This document shows positions 37,610 to 47,529 of a stretch of DNA of 64,000 bases, piece after piece; the first letter of the stretch is position 1; each line of letters opens with the position of its first letter. The stretch comes from a virus (lineage: Duplodnaviria > Caudoviricetes), in IMG/VR virus record IMGVR_UViG_3300032233_002826, positions 54,532-118,531 of that record; one strand, 5' to 3'. The notes below the pieces were generated by a model. It ran no database searches. It was not told the DNA's origin and worked only from the letters and a program-made list of their open reading frames with translations. The position numbers and the translations under genes are program-made.

Positions 37610-38695
37610 TTACATTTGGATCGCCTTAGTCATACGATCACCATGCTTCTTGAACCACTTCTTTCCATTGTCACAAGTAAACACGCTCTGCTTCAACGTG
37701 TCGTTATCACTGTGCATCACTCGACGCATGAACAGGATGCTAGGCTCACCGCTCATGTTGAGCAAAGCACCGAAGCAGTTCTCAATCTGCTTCTTGACTT
37801 CCTTGCTACGAAGCATGTGCGTAGCCAGAGCATTACTGACAGCATAACTAACAGTAATGTTCTTCTCGTCCTCCTTCCACTCAATCTTGCCAGAAAGAAT
37901 ATCCTCAATCTTCGGGATATTCTCACACACCGTCTGGTATGCCATGAACTCGTTAGCCGCCGCGCCCACAACAGAGCGAATATCACAAAGTTCATTCTGA
38001 CCAGCATGGAGTCGCTGACTAACGTAGTACCACGAACGCGGAGAAGGATTGGACGATTCCTCGTCAACACTCGACTGGATCAACAGGTCAGGCTTGAAAC
38101 TAATGAACCCGATAACGTGCGGGTGAACATTGTTCTTTACCGCCCAGTTGCTCCAAGTGTTATGGTCTGGAACGTAGTGGTAGATAGCAAAACGCTGGCG
38201 AAGGGCAGACGAGAGAGGATAAACATGGGCCTTATCATCACTCTTATTGCCAGCGGCAACGATGTACCAACCATCACCCAACTTATGACTGCCAATCTTG
38301 CGGTCGAGAACCAACTGGAGAGCCGGATTCTGAACGCTGGGAGCAGCGGTGTTGATTTCGTCAAGAAACAAAATCCCCTTGCCATCAGCAGGAATGAATT
38401 CAGGACGAACCCACTGAACATGAGTCGGATTCTTCTTATCATCCTTCATAATCACAGGCAGACCACGAAGGTCAATCGAATCAAGACTGTTGAGGCGAAG
38501 GTCAATCATCATTTCGCCATTGTCAAAATCAACAGCCTGCATCACCTGTTCGCTCTTGCCCACGCCGGGACTACCGTAAATAAGCATCGGAAGCCCCTGC
38601 CGACCACGACTCAGTTCAACCGAACGACAACGCTTGATATGATTCACAAGCGAACCCGTCACCACGTTACCAGTATTCATCAACTTGTCAGCCAT
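37610..38695 (-). CDS. MoxR-like AAA+ ATPase
   Basis: GSPGVGKS, LFLDEIN, AAGN and ALRQRF motifs. Confidence 0.88.
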   Translation of the reverse strand: MADKLMNTGNVVTGSLVNHIKRCRSVELSRGRQGLPMLIYGSPGVGKSEQVMQAVDFDNGEMMIDLRLNSLDSIDLRGLPVIMKDDKKNPTHVQWVRPEFIPADGKGILFLDEINTAAPSVQNPALQLVLDRKIGSHKLGDGWYIVAAGNKSDDKAHVYPLSSALRQRFAIYHYVPDHNTWSNWAVKNNVHPHVIGFISFKPDLLIQSSVDEESSNPSPRSWYYVSQRLHAGQNELCDIRSVVGAAANEFMAYQTVCENIPKIEDILSGKIEWKEDEKNITVSYAVSNALATHMLRSKEVKKQIENCFGALLNMSGEPSILFMRRVMHSDNDTLKQSVFTCDNGKKWFKKHGDRMTKAIQM

Positions 38696-38762
38696 TAGAA
38701 ACTCCTTTGTTAGTTAGATACCCGCTGTTCATACACTTATCATTCTATATTTATTTTTATTT

Positions 38763-39101
38763 TCAAGCACCAAGACTTTTGACATACTTGAAATATTCAT
38801 CAACCCAACGCCTATCCTGTTCGTCAAGATTATCCAGATTCTTTGCAATCATAAAATTATTAAGATGCTCTGGAGGATTCTTCTCGACAAAAACACAATA
38901 AAGATAACAACACTTCAAATCTTTATGAAATACAAGTTCGTCAGATTCATCCCAACGCTTTCTGCGAATATACTTAGCATAAAGATAAGCAAACTTAGGA
39001 TCAGAAAGAAAAACTCTTTCGTCTTTTATAGGCTTGCCCGCCAAGGCATTGGCCCATATCTGTTTCAAGTCAACCGTTTTCTTAGCCATCTGTTCCTCCA
39101 T
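38763..39101 (-). CDS. LPExxHN-family protein
   Basis: AYLYAKYIRRKRW..PPEHLNNFMIA. Confidence 0.7.
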   Translation of the reverse strand: MEEQMAKKTVDLKQIWANALAGKPIKDERVFLSDPKFAYLYAKYIRRKRWDESDELVFHKDLKCCYLYCVFVEKNPPEHLNNFMIAKNLDNLDEQDRRWVDEYFKYVKSLGA

Positions 39102-39133
39102 GTAACTCTAACATTCTATATTTAATTTTATTT

Positions 39134-40420
39134 TCAATCTTCTTCGTAAGGAACATTGACTTGAACAGTTTCACCAAACGGCGGCTTTACGTCGCTAGTC
39201 ATTACCCAAAGAACGGGCAAGTTAGGATCATCGCCAAACTCACCATATCCATCAGTAAAGAAAACAACATAATCCGGCTTGATTCGATTTTCAAAAATAT
39301 GATCGAACACTGGTCGGAAATCTGTGCCACCACCACCATTCAACACGGGAAGCGGTTGATGTGGACTAATCCAGCCCGAACTGTGAACGCCAGCATCACA
39401 ATCCAAAACATAAACTTTGGCATTGAAACGCTTGCGAATATCTTCAAGTTCACTCATGGCTTGTTCCAAATCCCGCTGGCTCATGCTGCCAGAAGTATCA
39501 ACAGCATAACAAATCTTTGGACTATCCGGCCCAATGTTACTTGGCAAAATATAATCTCGACCAAGGAAACGCTTGTTAGGAATACTCCAAGTAACATCAC
39601 GCTTCTCTAATCGACTGCAACCAAATCGAAGTTTCTGCCGTAAAGCACGAAGCCAATCAACCTTGGGCTTGAGAATCTTGGCAATAGCCCGCTCAAAATC
39701 AGCAGGTAACTTGCCCTGACTCTTGGCAACAGCAAAAGCCTCTGTAAATGCACGGGTAATGTGATCCTTCAAATCACCAGAAATCTGCTCCTTAGTTTTC
39801 CCTTCCTTCTCAGGCAACGGCACACGCCGAGGCCGAACCACAATGGTATCGCCATCACCTTCGCCCTCACCCTCATTCTCTTTACCCTCGCCATCCTCAC
39901 CCTCACCATAACTAAGATCAAGAATAATCTTCTTGGACTTTACATTCTGAAACTTAGGGTCTTGACGAAGAAGTTCATAAATAGCCTCTGCCGTCAACTC
40001 CTTATACTTCTCGTCCAAACAACCACCCTCAATAAAATAATCATCATTCTTTTCAAACTGATAGTGAAGAAGAAGATTAATCGCAAAGTCACAGGCGACG
40101 TTGAACAACAACGGGTCACGATCCTCCAAACGCACACAATGTTCAAAAACAAAGTGGCTAATCTCATGACTCAAAAGAAATAACAACTTCTTATGATACT
40201 TGTCTTGATACTTTTCCTTCAAACCCTGACAAAAATCAGCGTTGAACGTAATGTTGCCAAACGCATCCATACAAGCAGTAGGAATCTTAGTCGTTGTCAA
40301 ATTAAAACTGCAACGCTCCGCAAGAACACCCCAAAACGGAAAGTCAATGCTGAACTTACAAAGAATAGTATCCAAATCATCCTTGAAACTGCGAACCTGA
40401 TCGTCTGTAGGCTTAGTCAT
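39134..40420 (-). CDS. Metallopeptidase-like plus VWA domain protein (DUF2201-type partner of the AAA+ ATPase)
   Basis: HEISH, VDTSGSM, GGGGTDF and FTDG motifs. Confidence 0.85.
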   Translation of the reverse strand: MTKPTDDQVRSFKDDLDTILCKFSIDFPFWGVLAERCSFNLTTTKIPTACMDAFGNITFNADFCQGLKEKYQDKYHKKLLFLLSHEISHFVFEHCVRLEDRDPLLFNVACDFAINLLLHYQFEKNDDYFIEGGCLDEKYKELTAEAIYELLRQDPKFQNVKSKKIILDLSYGEGEDGEGKENEGEGEGDGDTIVVRPRRVPLPEKEGKTKEQISGDLKDHITRAFTEAFAVAKSQGKLPADFERAIAKILKPKVDWLRALRQKLRFGCSRLEKRDVTWSIPNKRFLGRDYILPSNIGPDSPKICYAVDTSGSMSQRDLEQAMSELEDIRKRFNAKVYVLDCDAGVHSSGWISPHQPLPVLNGGGGTDFRPVFDHIFENRIKPDYVVFFTDGYGEFGDDPNLPVLWVMTSDVKPPFGETVQVNVPYEED

Positions 40421-40475
40421 AATCTGTCTCCTTACTGACATAACATTCTATGTAGGATTTTATTTTTCTCACCAG

Positions 40476-40862
40476 TTATTCTTTAAAATAACGCTTCTTC
40501 TGAAAATAACCGTCGTAATTTATCGCTTCTTCTACCCATATTTTTCTTAAATAAATATTGTCGCTGTGATCCAACCCCAAAACAGCAACAGTATATTCAT
40601 AACTTCCAACTTCACAAAGTTCTACTTCTACAATATTTCCACCAATTGTGCAACTATTTTTATTAAATACCTTCCTCAAATCTATCTCGTAATCCCAGTT
40701 ACGACCATTGCACTCACCCCAAGAAAATACCTCAATATTAAATTCATCGCTAATATAATTAATAAATTCATCCTCTGTTATTATACCATATTCCTTCACT
40801 TCTTTCAAAGATAAATATTTAATTATTATCGAACCATCATTATATTTAATTTTAACGACCAT
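40476..40862 (-). CDS. Hypothetical protein
   Basis: 128-aa ORF overlapping the upstream stop. Confidence 0.55.
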   Translation of the reverse strand: MVVKIKYNDGSIIIKYLSLKEVKEYGIITEDEFINYISDEFNIEVFSWGECNGRNWDYEIDLRKVFNKNSCTIGGNIVEVELCEVGSYEYTVAVLGLDHSDNIYLRKIWVEEAINYDGYFQKKRYFKE

Positions 40863-41544
40863 TCTTCAATTCACACAGTAAGTCGCCAATACTCTTTGAA
40901 GTATCCAACTCGTATACCTTAGCATAATGACTCACAAGACGATGTAAATTTTTTCGCTGAACTTTAATAAATTCAAAATACTCTTTAGGGCCACCCTCTG
41001 TGGAACTATAATAATCCAATTTATCCATTTTATAAACACCATATCCACGATGAATAGACTTAACACTATCGTCCATACTAGCCCCATACATATAATTATG
41101 AAGAGACTCAGGAAGCCTACCCTCTAAAACACCCCAAGCATATTCAAAACATTCATAAGGATCACCAATTAATTTAGACTCTAAATGCTCTGGAAGTCTT
41201 CCCCTAATAACATCCTTGGCATAAGTAACTAGTCCTTCTGTTGTTTTAATACAATCCTCGTACTCTGGAAGCGGCCCTCTAACAACATTGGTCAAATAAT
41301 CCAATGCCAAATCCGTACTAAAATTCATAATGAAATCTTCGTACTCTTTAGGTAACCTACTCCCAATTCGTCGAGCATACTCAACACAATCATGCGCATC
41401 CTTTAGAAATACACGCTCAATGTTAACAGGCAACCTAGACCAACCATATCGCTTCATCCAACTCTTCGCACGCTCTGTAGTCCTAAACTTAGGAACCCGA
41501 GAAGACCAAAAAGAAGCATCATATGATCTAATCGTAGTAAGCAT
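40852..41544 (-). CDS. LPExxHN-family repeat protein
   Basis: Repeated GRLPE units; LPESLHNYM. Confidence 0.75.
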   Translation of the reverse strand: MLTTIRSYDASFWSSRVPKFRTTERAKSWMKRYGWSRLPVNIERVFLKDAHDCVEYARRIGSRLPKEYEDFIMNFSTDLALDYLTNVVRGPLPEYEDCIKTTEGLVTYAKDVIRGRLPEHLESKLIGDPYECFEYAWGVLEGRLPESLHNYMYGASMDDSVKSIHRGYGVYKMDKLDYYSSTEGGPKEYFEFIKVQRKNLHRLVSHYAKVYELDTSKSIGDLLCELKNGR

Positions 41545-41993
41545 TTGTTTTTCTCCTACTACAATAACATTCTATATTAATTAATATTTTATAATATATT
41601 AATTTTAGGACACTCTATGCTGCCCTCCTTAATAATAGCATCACTTCTTATTATTAATTTATTGTCTTTAATAAATATCAACGCTATTAATTTACCATCA
41701 ATGTCTTCTAATTTTAAACTACGATTATTAATTTCTACTATATTAATTTTTTCATCTCTAAACATATACCCCTCCATAGGATACATACTAACCCTATCAC
41801 TTATTATTTTATCAAGATTTTTATTAATTTTAATTGTTATTAAATATAACAATTATTAATGAAAATATTTGTGCCAAGGATAATTAATAATTAATATAAA
41901 ATAAAGCATCTGGACTAATAATAAAATGCAATATAATAAAAACAGCACTTACAGTATTAACTCATTATTTAATATTAATATAATTTGTGCAAG

Positions 41994-42131
41994 TTACTTA
42001 GCAGTAATCTTGCTATAGACAACAAGCGTAGCCTTGAACCTAGAAATGCCACCAAGTTTCTTGATGGTGTCTCTAAGCAAAACTAAGTCCATCAAACCAA
42101 TCGCTTTCATCTTCGACTTAACCTTAGCCAT
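41994..42131 (-). CDS. 45-aa basic protein (not in ORF track)
   Basis: AAGGAG RBS; MAKVKSKMK..IKKLGGISRF resembles the C-terminal helices of 42224..42715. Confidence 0.5.
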   Translation of the reverse strand: MAKVKSKMKAIGLMDLVLLRDTIKKLGGISRFKATLVVYSKITAK

Positions 42132-42223
42132 GATGTTCTCCTTGTTTAATAAATCGAGGGGCTGAAATAAATTTTATAAGGCGGATTAATAAAATTTACC
42201 CAGCCCCCCGAATGTACCTAGTT

Positions 42224-42715
42224 TCACTCGTTGTCCGAATCCTCGTCATCCGAATCTTCCTCATCCTCGTCCTCGTCATCATCATCAGACTCCGACTCCG
42301 ACGATTCTGATTCCGAAGATTCCGACATGGTAACATCAGACTTCGAAGAATAAGCCTTCAAAACTGCTTCCAGACGCTCCACGCTGCCAAGACCAGCGAT
42401 CAAACCACAAACGTCCTCAACAACAGTCAAGAAAACATCCGGCTCCTCAAATTTCTCAATAACAGCCTGAACCGTATTCAGTTCAGCCGCCGTTACCTCG
42501 CCCTGCGGTGCTGCCGACTTCTTACGAGCCGGACGATCACCACTGAACGCCTTCGCACGAACGCCCGCTACAAGCGCCTGCGAAACATCAACACCCTTAG
42601 AACCCAACGCCTCCATCACTTCCGTTGTAGAAGCCTCAGGATGCGAATTCAAATAATCACGAATTGCAGCGCTCTTATTAACGCCACTAGAACCCTTGGG
42701 ACGACCCGCTGGCAT
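42224..42715 (-). CDS. Putative DNA-binding protein with AT-hook-like motif, HTH-like domain and acidic tail
   Basis: GRPKGS, NKSAAIRDYL..GVDVSQALV, S/E/D tail; AGGAGG RBS. Confidence 0.7.
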   Translation of the reverse strand: MPAGRPKGSSGVNKSAAIRDYLNSHPEASTTEVMEALGSKGVDVSQALVAGVRAKAFSGDRPARKKSAAPQGEVTAAELNTVQAVIEKFEEPDVFLTVVEDVCGLIAGLGSVERLEAVLKAYSSKSDVTMSESSESESSESESDDDDEDEDEEDSDDEDSDNE

Positions 42716-42906
42716 AATTAGCCTCCTTGTAAAAAAATTAATCAAACCTTGCCTTAATTTTAGAACTTTTTTTTGATTTGTAAAGTCCAACCCAAAAAAA
42801 ATTCCACAACACCTAAAAATTCTATATTAATTTTTATTTTCTACCGCACTCAACAAACTTATCCATAAAATAAAAATTATCCTACTCAAAAAACCACTAA
42901 AAAATA

Positions 42907-43554
42907 TCATAAATTCTCCAAATACTCCTTAATAGTTTTACTCCCATCTACCAAACTAAGACGATTCTTCAAAACATAATCGTCCTTCTTACGCTGCTTA
43001 AAATATATCCTAGACCACCGCTCGCCACCCATGTTATTTGCTATCATAAAATTATGAACCACATCAGGCAAATAACACATATTACGATAAAAATAATAAC
43101 TCATTTCAGAACTGCCCAACAAAACATCAATAAATTCAAGTTTCTTTTCTGCTAAATATTTAATATAATCGAAACTCTTGCAGCCCTGATCTAACCCCTC
43201 CAACTTACCACGAACAACATACTTGCTATACTTATAGCCAACCTTAGAACTACGCCAATTCTTCCAAATAACTGCAAACGCCCTCTTCTCAACCTCAAAT
43301 GGCAATCGACCCTTCAATACATTCCTACAATAAATATAAACCAAATCACAACCACTAGTACCACGCCAATTACATATTTTCTCAATATTATTATAAAAAT
43401 ACTCAACGTCCTTCAAACCACCACCAGACTTGAAATGATCCCGCAATAAACTAAACTCTTTGGCTTTATTCCAGTCATTAGGACCATAATTAATGAGCAC
43501 ATCCAAAACCTCACGCTCATTATCCAAATACACAACCACTTTTCGCTTAGGCAT
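42907..43554 (-). CDS. LPExxHN-family protein
   Basis: VLKGRLP; LPDVVHNFMIA. Confidence 0.7.
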   Translation of the reverse strand: MPKRKVVVYLDNEREVLDVLINYGPNDWNKAKEFSLLRDHFKSGGGLKDVEYFYNNIEKICNWRGTSGCDLVYIYCRNVLKGRLPFEVEKRAFAVIWKNWRSSKVGYKYSKYVVRGKLEGLDQGCKSFDYIKYLAEKKLEFIDVLLGSSEMSYYFYRNMCYLPDVVHNFMIANNMGGERWSRIYFKQRKKDDYVLKNRLSLVDGSKTIKEYLENL

Positions 43555-43863
43555 AATTCGTCCTCCGTAACTACCTAACAATCTATATAAAATTATATTT
43601 ACCAGTGATGAATAATATTCGCTATAACACAAGCACATGTTAAAAAATTAATAAATATTATTAGCAATTTTAATAAAAATGCAGCCCAAGCCTCGTCCTG
43701 AGTCAATATAGGCAAATCCGGCGTGTCTTCATCACTCCTGCCTATCCTATAATCTATCGCACGACATATTACCAACAATGTACGATTCATAGGATATATG
43801 CTAACTCCCTTTTTATTAAATATAATGCCGATTTTTGTCATTAATTATTATAAATCACCAAAA

Positions 43864-44310
43864 CTATCGCTTTTGTGCTATAAAATAATTATAATATTCG
43901 TCACTCCACCAAACTAATACTTCCTCATCCTGCTTTATATCCTTTAAAGCATAGAAAATCATTAGTTTTTCATCAGTATACGTCTTAAACGCAGCATTAG
44001 AAAGATTTTGTGCATCAGAACTATTATAAATTCCACCAAATCCTAATGGAATTAAAAATTTGCGACCGTGAACCGTCCATTCATCACTAACTTCATCATC
44101 ACCAGGATAAGCATACTGATATATTACTGGATCTTTATGATAATTTTCCCTAAATCCTAATAGCATACAATGACAATACTCTATTACATCACCACTTTTT
44201 ATATTTGTGCCAGCAAATACTCCCATTCCACGCTGACCACTATTCTTTATATATAAATTATTGCTGTAACCAGCCTCTTTATACTTGTGCCACTCTTTTA
44301 TTATGTCCAT
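43864..44310 (-). CDS. SET-domain protein (putative lysine methyltransferase)
   Basis: RGMGVFA..IKSGDVI, IYNSS and ALKDIKQDEEV motifs. Confidence 0.75.
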   Translation of the reverse strand: MDIIKEWHKYKEAGYSNNLYIKNSGQRGMGVFAGTNIKSGDVIEYCHCMLLGFRENYHKDPVIYQYAYPGDDEVSDEWTVHGRKFLIPLGFGGIYNSSDAQNLSNAAFKTYTDEKLMIFYALKDIKQDEEVLVWWSDEYYNYFIAQKR

Positions 44311-44439
44311 TTTATTTCGTAAATAGTTTGCGTAAAGCCTCGTCAGCAGCATTACTTGCTGATTCCTTCTTTATTATAACACTATTCTTCTTAATTTCAA
44401 TCGGTGGCTTTATATAATTTAATATAATTTCAAAAAGAC

Positions 44440-44622
44440 TCATTTCTTTTTATGCTTCCTACGCTTCTTTACGCTCTTTCTACTGGCTCTGACATAAACA
44501 GCGTCCGTTCCCATGCCTACACCAGATAATGGCTTTAAACCAACGCCATTGTACGCTGGAGGATATAGCCCAACCATTTCCTCTCCAAGTTTCTGCTTTA
44601 TAAATTCATTAAATGTTATCAT
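44440..44622 (-). CDS. Small basic phage protein
   Basis: MITFNEFI N-terminus, K/R-rich tail. Confidence 0.55.
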   Translation of the reverse strand: MITFNEFIKQKLGEEMVGLYPPAYNGVGLKPLSGVGMGTDAVYVRASRKSVKKRRKHKKK

Positions 44623-45010
44623 GATTATTATATATTATATTTTAATCTAATTTATCAACCCTTTCTAATAATAAAAATGCTATTATAAAAAATATTAAAA
44701 GGGTTATTTCTTCCATAAAAATAATTAAAAACTATTTCTGGCCGCAATTAGATAAAATATTATTATAAAAGGGGGCTATACACTACCTTTTTTTATTAAT
44801 TTCCTATTTAATTTAATATATTCCAATTAATATTTATTTCCACTTATTTAATATTAATTAGTAGAGTGAATGATATTAATAGATATTTGGGCTTCTAACC
44901 CACTACAAAACAATATAATTTATTATAAATGGGCTTCTGACCCACAGTTTATTAAATATATGTTATGAGTTTATTTTCACTACTAATAGTATGAATTTTA
45001 GCGATAGTCA

Positions 45011-45253
45011 TTATTTATTCTCCACAGAATGAGTTTCAATTTCCATATCTTCATAACCACCCCTATAGTAAGAAGTATCTCCATATTGCTCTTTTTTAGG
45101 TTTGGCTAATTTGGCATTTTCAACAAAGTTTTTGGCTTTATTTTCGTCAGAGAATACTTTTACAATTTCTTTGTCTGGATGGGGTTCAAATTGCCCACCA
45201 ATAGTATCTTGATAAACATTTTGTTTTGTTCCAATAACAACATAAACATTCAT
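45011..45253 (-). CDS. Hypothetical protein
   Basis: MNVYVV..IVKVFSDENKAK. Confidence 0.65.
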   Translation of the reverse strand: MNVYVVIGTKQNVYQDTIGGQFEPHPDKEIVKVFSDENKAKNFVENAKLAKPKKEQYGDTSYYRGGYEDMEIETHSVENK

Positions 45254-45543
45254 TAGTTATTCTCCAAACGCTCACGAAAATTAAGCAACTCATTTAATCT
45301 AGATTGTTCTCGTTCTACCTTTTCTTTTTGATATTGTATTTTATGTTCTATATCTTCTATAGTCGCCAATCTAATTTCTTCACAATGTCTTAACCCATAA
45401 TACCAATCTTCTGTTGAACTAAAAAAGGGTTTTCCATACCAAGGGTCTTGATTTGCCTCAAAAATAGACAAAACACCACCACAACCAAAATAATTTAACA
45501 GAACGATTATGTCGCCCCTTTTCCAATTTGGTTTATCTTTCAT
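45253..45543 (-). CDS. Hypothetical protein
   Basis: Translationally coupled ORF. Confidence 0.65.
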   Translation of the reverse strand: MKDKPNWKRGDIIVLLNYFGCGGVLSIFEANQDPWYGKPFFSSTEDWYYGLRHCEEIRLATIEDIEHKIQYQKEKVEREQSRLNELLNFRERLENN

Positions 45544-45906
45544 TTATTCTCCAATAGTTTCTTCTAACAGACTAATAGCCGTTTCCAAAAACAAATCATA
45601 ATCGGCCAATCCCATAGTCTCATCATCAATAGTATTATCCCAACTAACAATAAAGTTCTTAATTCTATCCTTGAGTTCGTTAGTCATTAGTTATTCTCCG
45701 AATAAGTGAGTGGTAATCCATTACGAGGATCAAACTTAGGAACATCTGTGGACATTACAAAATATCCATCCTCAGTAACGTAGCAGTTTAAAGACTCACG
45801 CATAAATTGGTCATCATAAATAACATAACCTTGTTCTGGATAACTTTCGCTGCTTACCAATCTAATAGTTTTCATTAATTATTCTCCAAATAGTTATTTT
45901 CAAAGA

Positions 45907-46266
45907 TCACCAAACCCAGCCGTCGTAATCACTGGTATCTTTTACCTTGTCTTTCTTGAGTTCAACATCAAGATCAACAATGGGAATAGCATCCAAATTA
46001 AGAACTTTCAAGGCAGGATCGTTCAAATCGTAAGCACTTTTACTTGCCCAATCCGCACACTCGTGTCCATAATTTGAATAGTCCTCAGTGTATTCATCAC
46101 AATACCACAAACTTACTGCAACTTTTCCTGATTCATCATAATAACTGTTATCCGAGTAATTCTGCTGAATTTCATCGGATGACTTGTCTGTAACAAATCT
46201 AATTAGAGTAGGAATAGTGTCACCGTCTGCATTACAAGCAAAAATCCATTCAGTTTTCTTAGTCAT
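45907..46266 (-). CDS. Hypothetical protein
   Basis: GGAG RBS, 119 aa. Confidence 0.65.
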   Translation of the reverse strand: MTKKTEWIFACNADGDTIPTLIRFVTDKSSDEIQQNYSDNSYYDESGKVAVSLWYCDEYTEDYSNYGHECADWASKSAYDLNDPALKVLNLDAIPIVDLDVELKKDKVKDTSDYDGWVW

Positions 46267-46364
46267 TATTTTTCTCCGCTTTAAGGTTTTAATGAATTTC
46301 TAAATTGAACAATCTATCTTTGAGTTCATCAGTCATTGGATATTCTCCAAAAAGTTAGTAATAA

Positions 46365-46709
46365 TCACAGCAAGAATTCTTCAAAAAACTCTTCTCTGTC
46401 AACCTTCAATGAATCAGCAACACTATCAGAAAAATCAGTAATTTCTTTGATTGAATCGTTATATTTCTTGTTAAGAGCATATTCTTGATTCGCCAAGTCA
46501 TCCCAATCTAAGAAATACTTGAAATATCCTTCATCATCGCTGTTGGGGGTTACGCACCCAATCATTCCATCATCCCATTGAAACACTGGCTTTTCTTTTA
46601 GTTTCAGAGTAATATCAACAGGGATTCCTTTCTGTAACTGCTTTGACAAATCACTATAATGATCTAACTTGGTTTTGGTTTCAGCATCAAGCGAACTAAT
46701 ATCAATCAT
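46365..46709 (-). CDS. Hypothetical protein
   Basis: AAGGAG RBS after a motif A variant. Confidence 0.65.
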   Translation of the reverse strand: MIDISSLDAETKTKLDHYSDLSKQLQKGIPVDITLKLKEKPVFQWDDGMIGCVTPNSDDEGYFKYFLDWDDLANQEYALNKKYNDSIKEITDFSDSVADSLKVDREEFFEEFLL

Positions 46710-46783
46710 TTTACTCTCCTTGGTTGATGTTATGTAAGACTATTCATTCTCTGCTCTACTGACTTATCATTCTACATTTAATT

Positions 46784-47317
46784 TTATTTTTTCAAGCCTT
46801 GCAAGTAATATTTTGAGAAACGATCATTTTTTAAATAATTAGCAATCATAAAATTATGCAAATATTCTGGTAATTCCTGTGTCCACGGTTGCCCATTATC
46901 AGTAGCGGAGATATGCACACTCCACCAATACTGCCATATTCTTTTGGTTGAGGGTTTTACTATCAAAAACTCTTCATAATCATTCCAACTATCTTTTATT
47001 ACCATTGTGATGTAAGATGTAGCAATATAATGGTCTTTACATAAAAATTTTTCTATTTTTTCCCATCTTTTATTTTCGCCATTATTTTTCTGCCAATAAT
47101 TAATTATTAAATAAATTAATTCTTTTCTTTTTTGTTTGGGTTTTGTCCATGCTGAAAACTGGGGGTTATGAAATACATTTTCAAAATAATCACACAGATA
47201 ACTTTCAACAAGTTCTAAAGTTTCAATATTTGGTTGTTTTAGGAGTTTGAATATTTCATTAGTTTTATTTGAATAAATTTTTTCTTTTTGTTTAGCAGAA
47301 ATCTTTTTAAAATTCAT
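46784..47317 (-). CDS. LPExxHN-family protein
   Basis: LPEYLHNFMIANY. Confidence 0.7.
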   Translation of the reverse strand: MNFKKISAKQKEKIYSNKTNEIFKLLKQPNIETLELVESYLCDYFENVFHNPQFSAWTKPKQKRKELIYLIINYWQKNNGENKRWEKIEKFLCKDHYIATSYITMVIKDSWNDYEEFLIVKPSTKRIWQYWWSVHISATDNGQPWTQELPEYLHNFMIANYLKNDRFSKYYLQGLKK

Positions 47318-47435
47318 TTTTAATATTTTCTGGTGGATTCATCAGTCGCACAGATCAAACGAGTCACGCTGGATGGCGGTTTTGTTTTTTTTCTCCAGAT
47401 AATTTTTCCAACAATAACTTCATCAGCGATGCCAA

Positions 47436-47529
47436 ATTTGACTAATTCATTAACTCTTTGGTGCATAGCATCTTCACCGCTAATTTGACTAATTCATTAA
47501 CTCTTTGGTGCATAGCATCTTCACCGCTA
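47436..47529. repeat. 47-bp tandem duplication that frameshifts a small ORF
   Basis: Two identical units, 47436-47482 and 47483-47529. Confidence 0.85.

Larger units (their letters stand above)
5360..43805 (+). repeat. Dispersed motif B, GGATAAATGCTAAC (about 22 copies)
   Basis: Starts at 5360, 5386 (reverse), 6672, 6707, 7311, 7761, 8372, 8942, 9952, 11156, 12543, 13750, 14500, 17426, 17463, 20106, 24290, 27486, 31194, 34052, 37516, 43792, each with 0-1 mismatch. Confidence 0.9.

Noticed and set aside
5360-43805. Motif B (GTTAGCA/TGCTAAC) as integron attC sites
   Set aside because: No paired core and inverse-core palindrome around cassettes and no integrase in the window.
5360-43805. Motif B as DnaA boxes
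   Set aside because: The reverse strand shares TTATCC(A) but not the terminal CA of TTATCCACA, and conservation extends 8 bp beyond the box.
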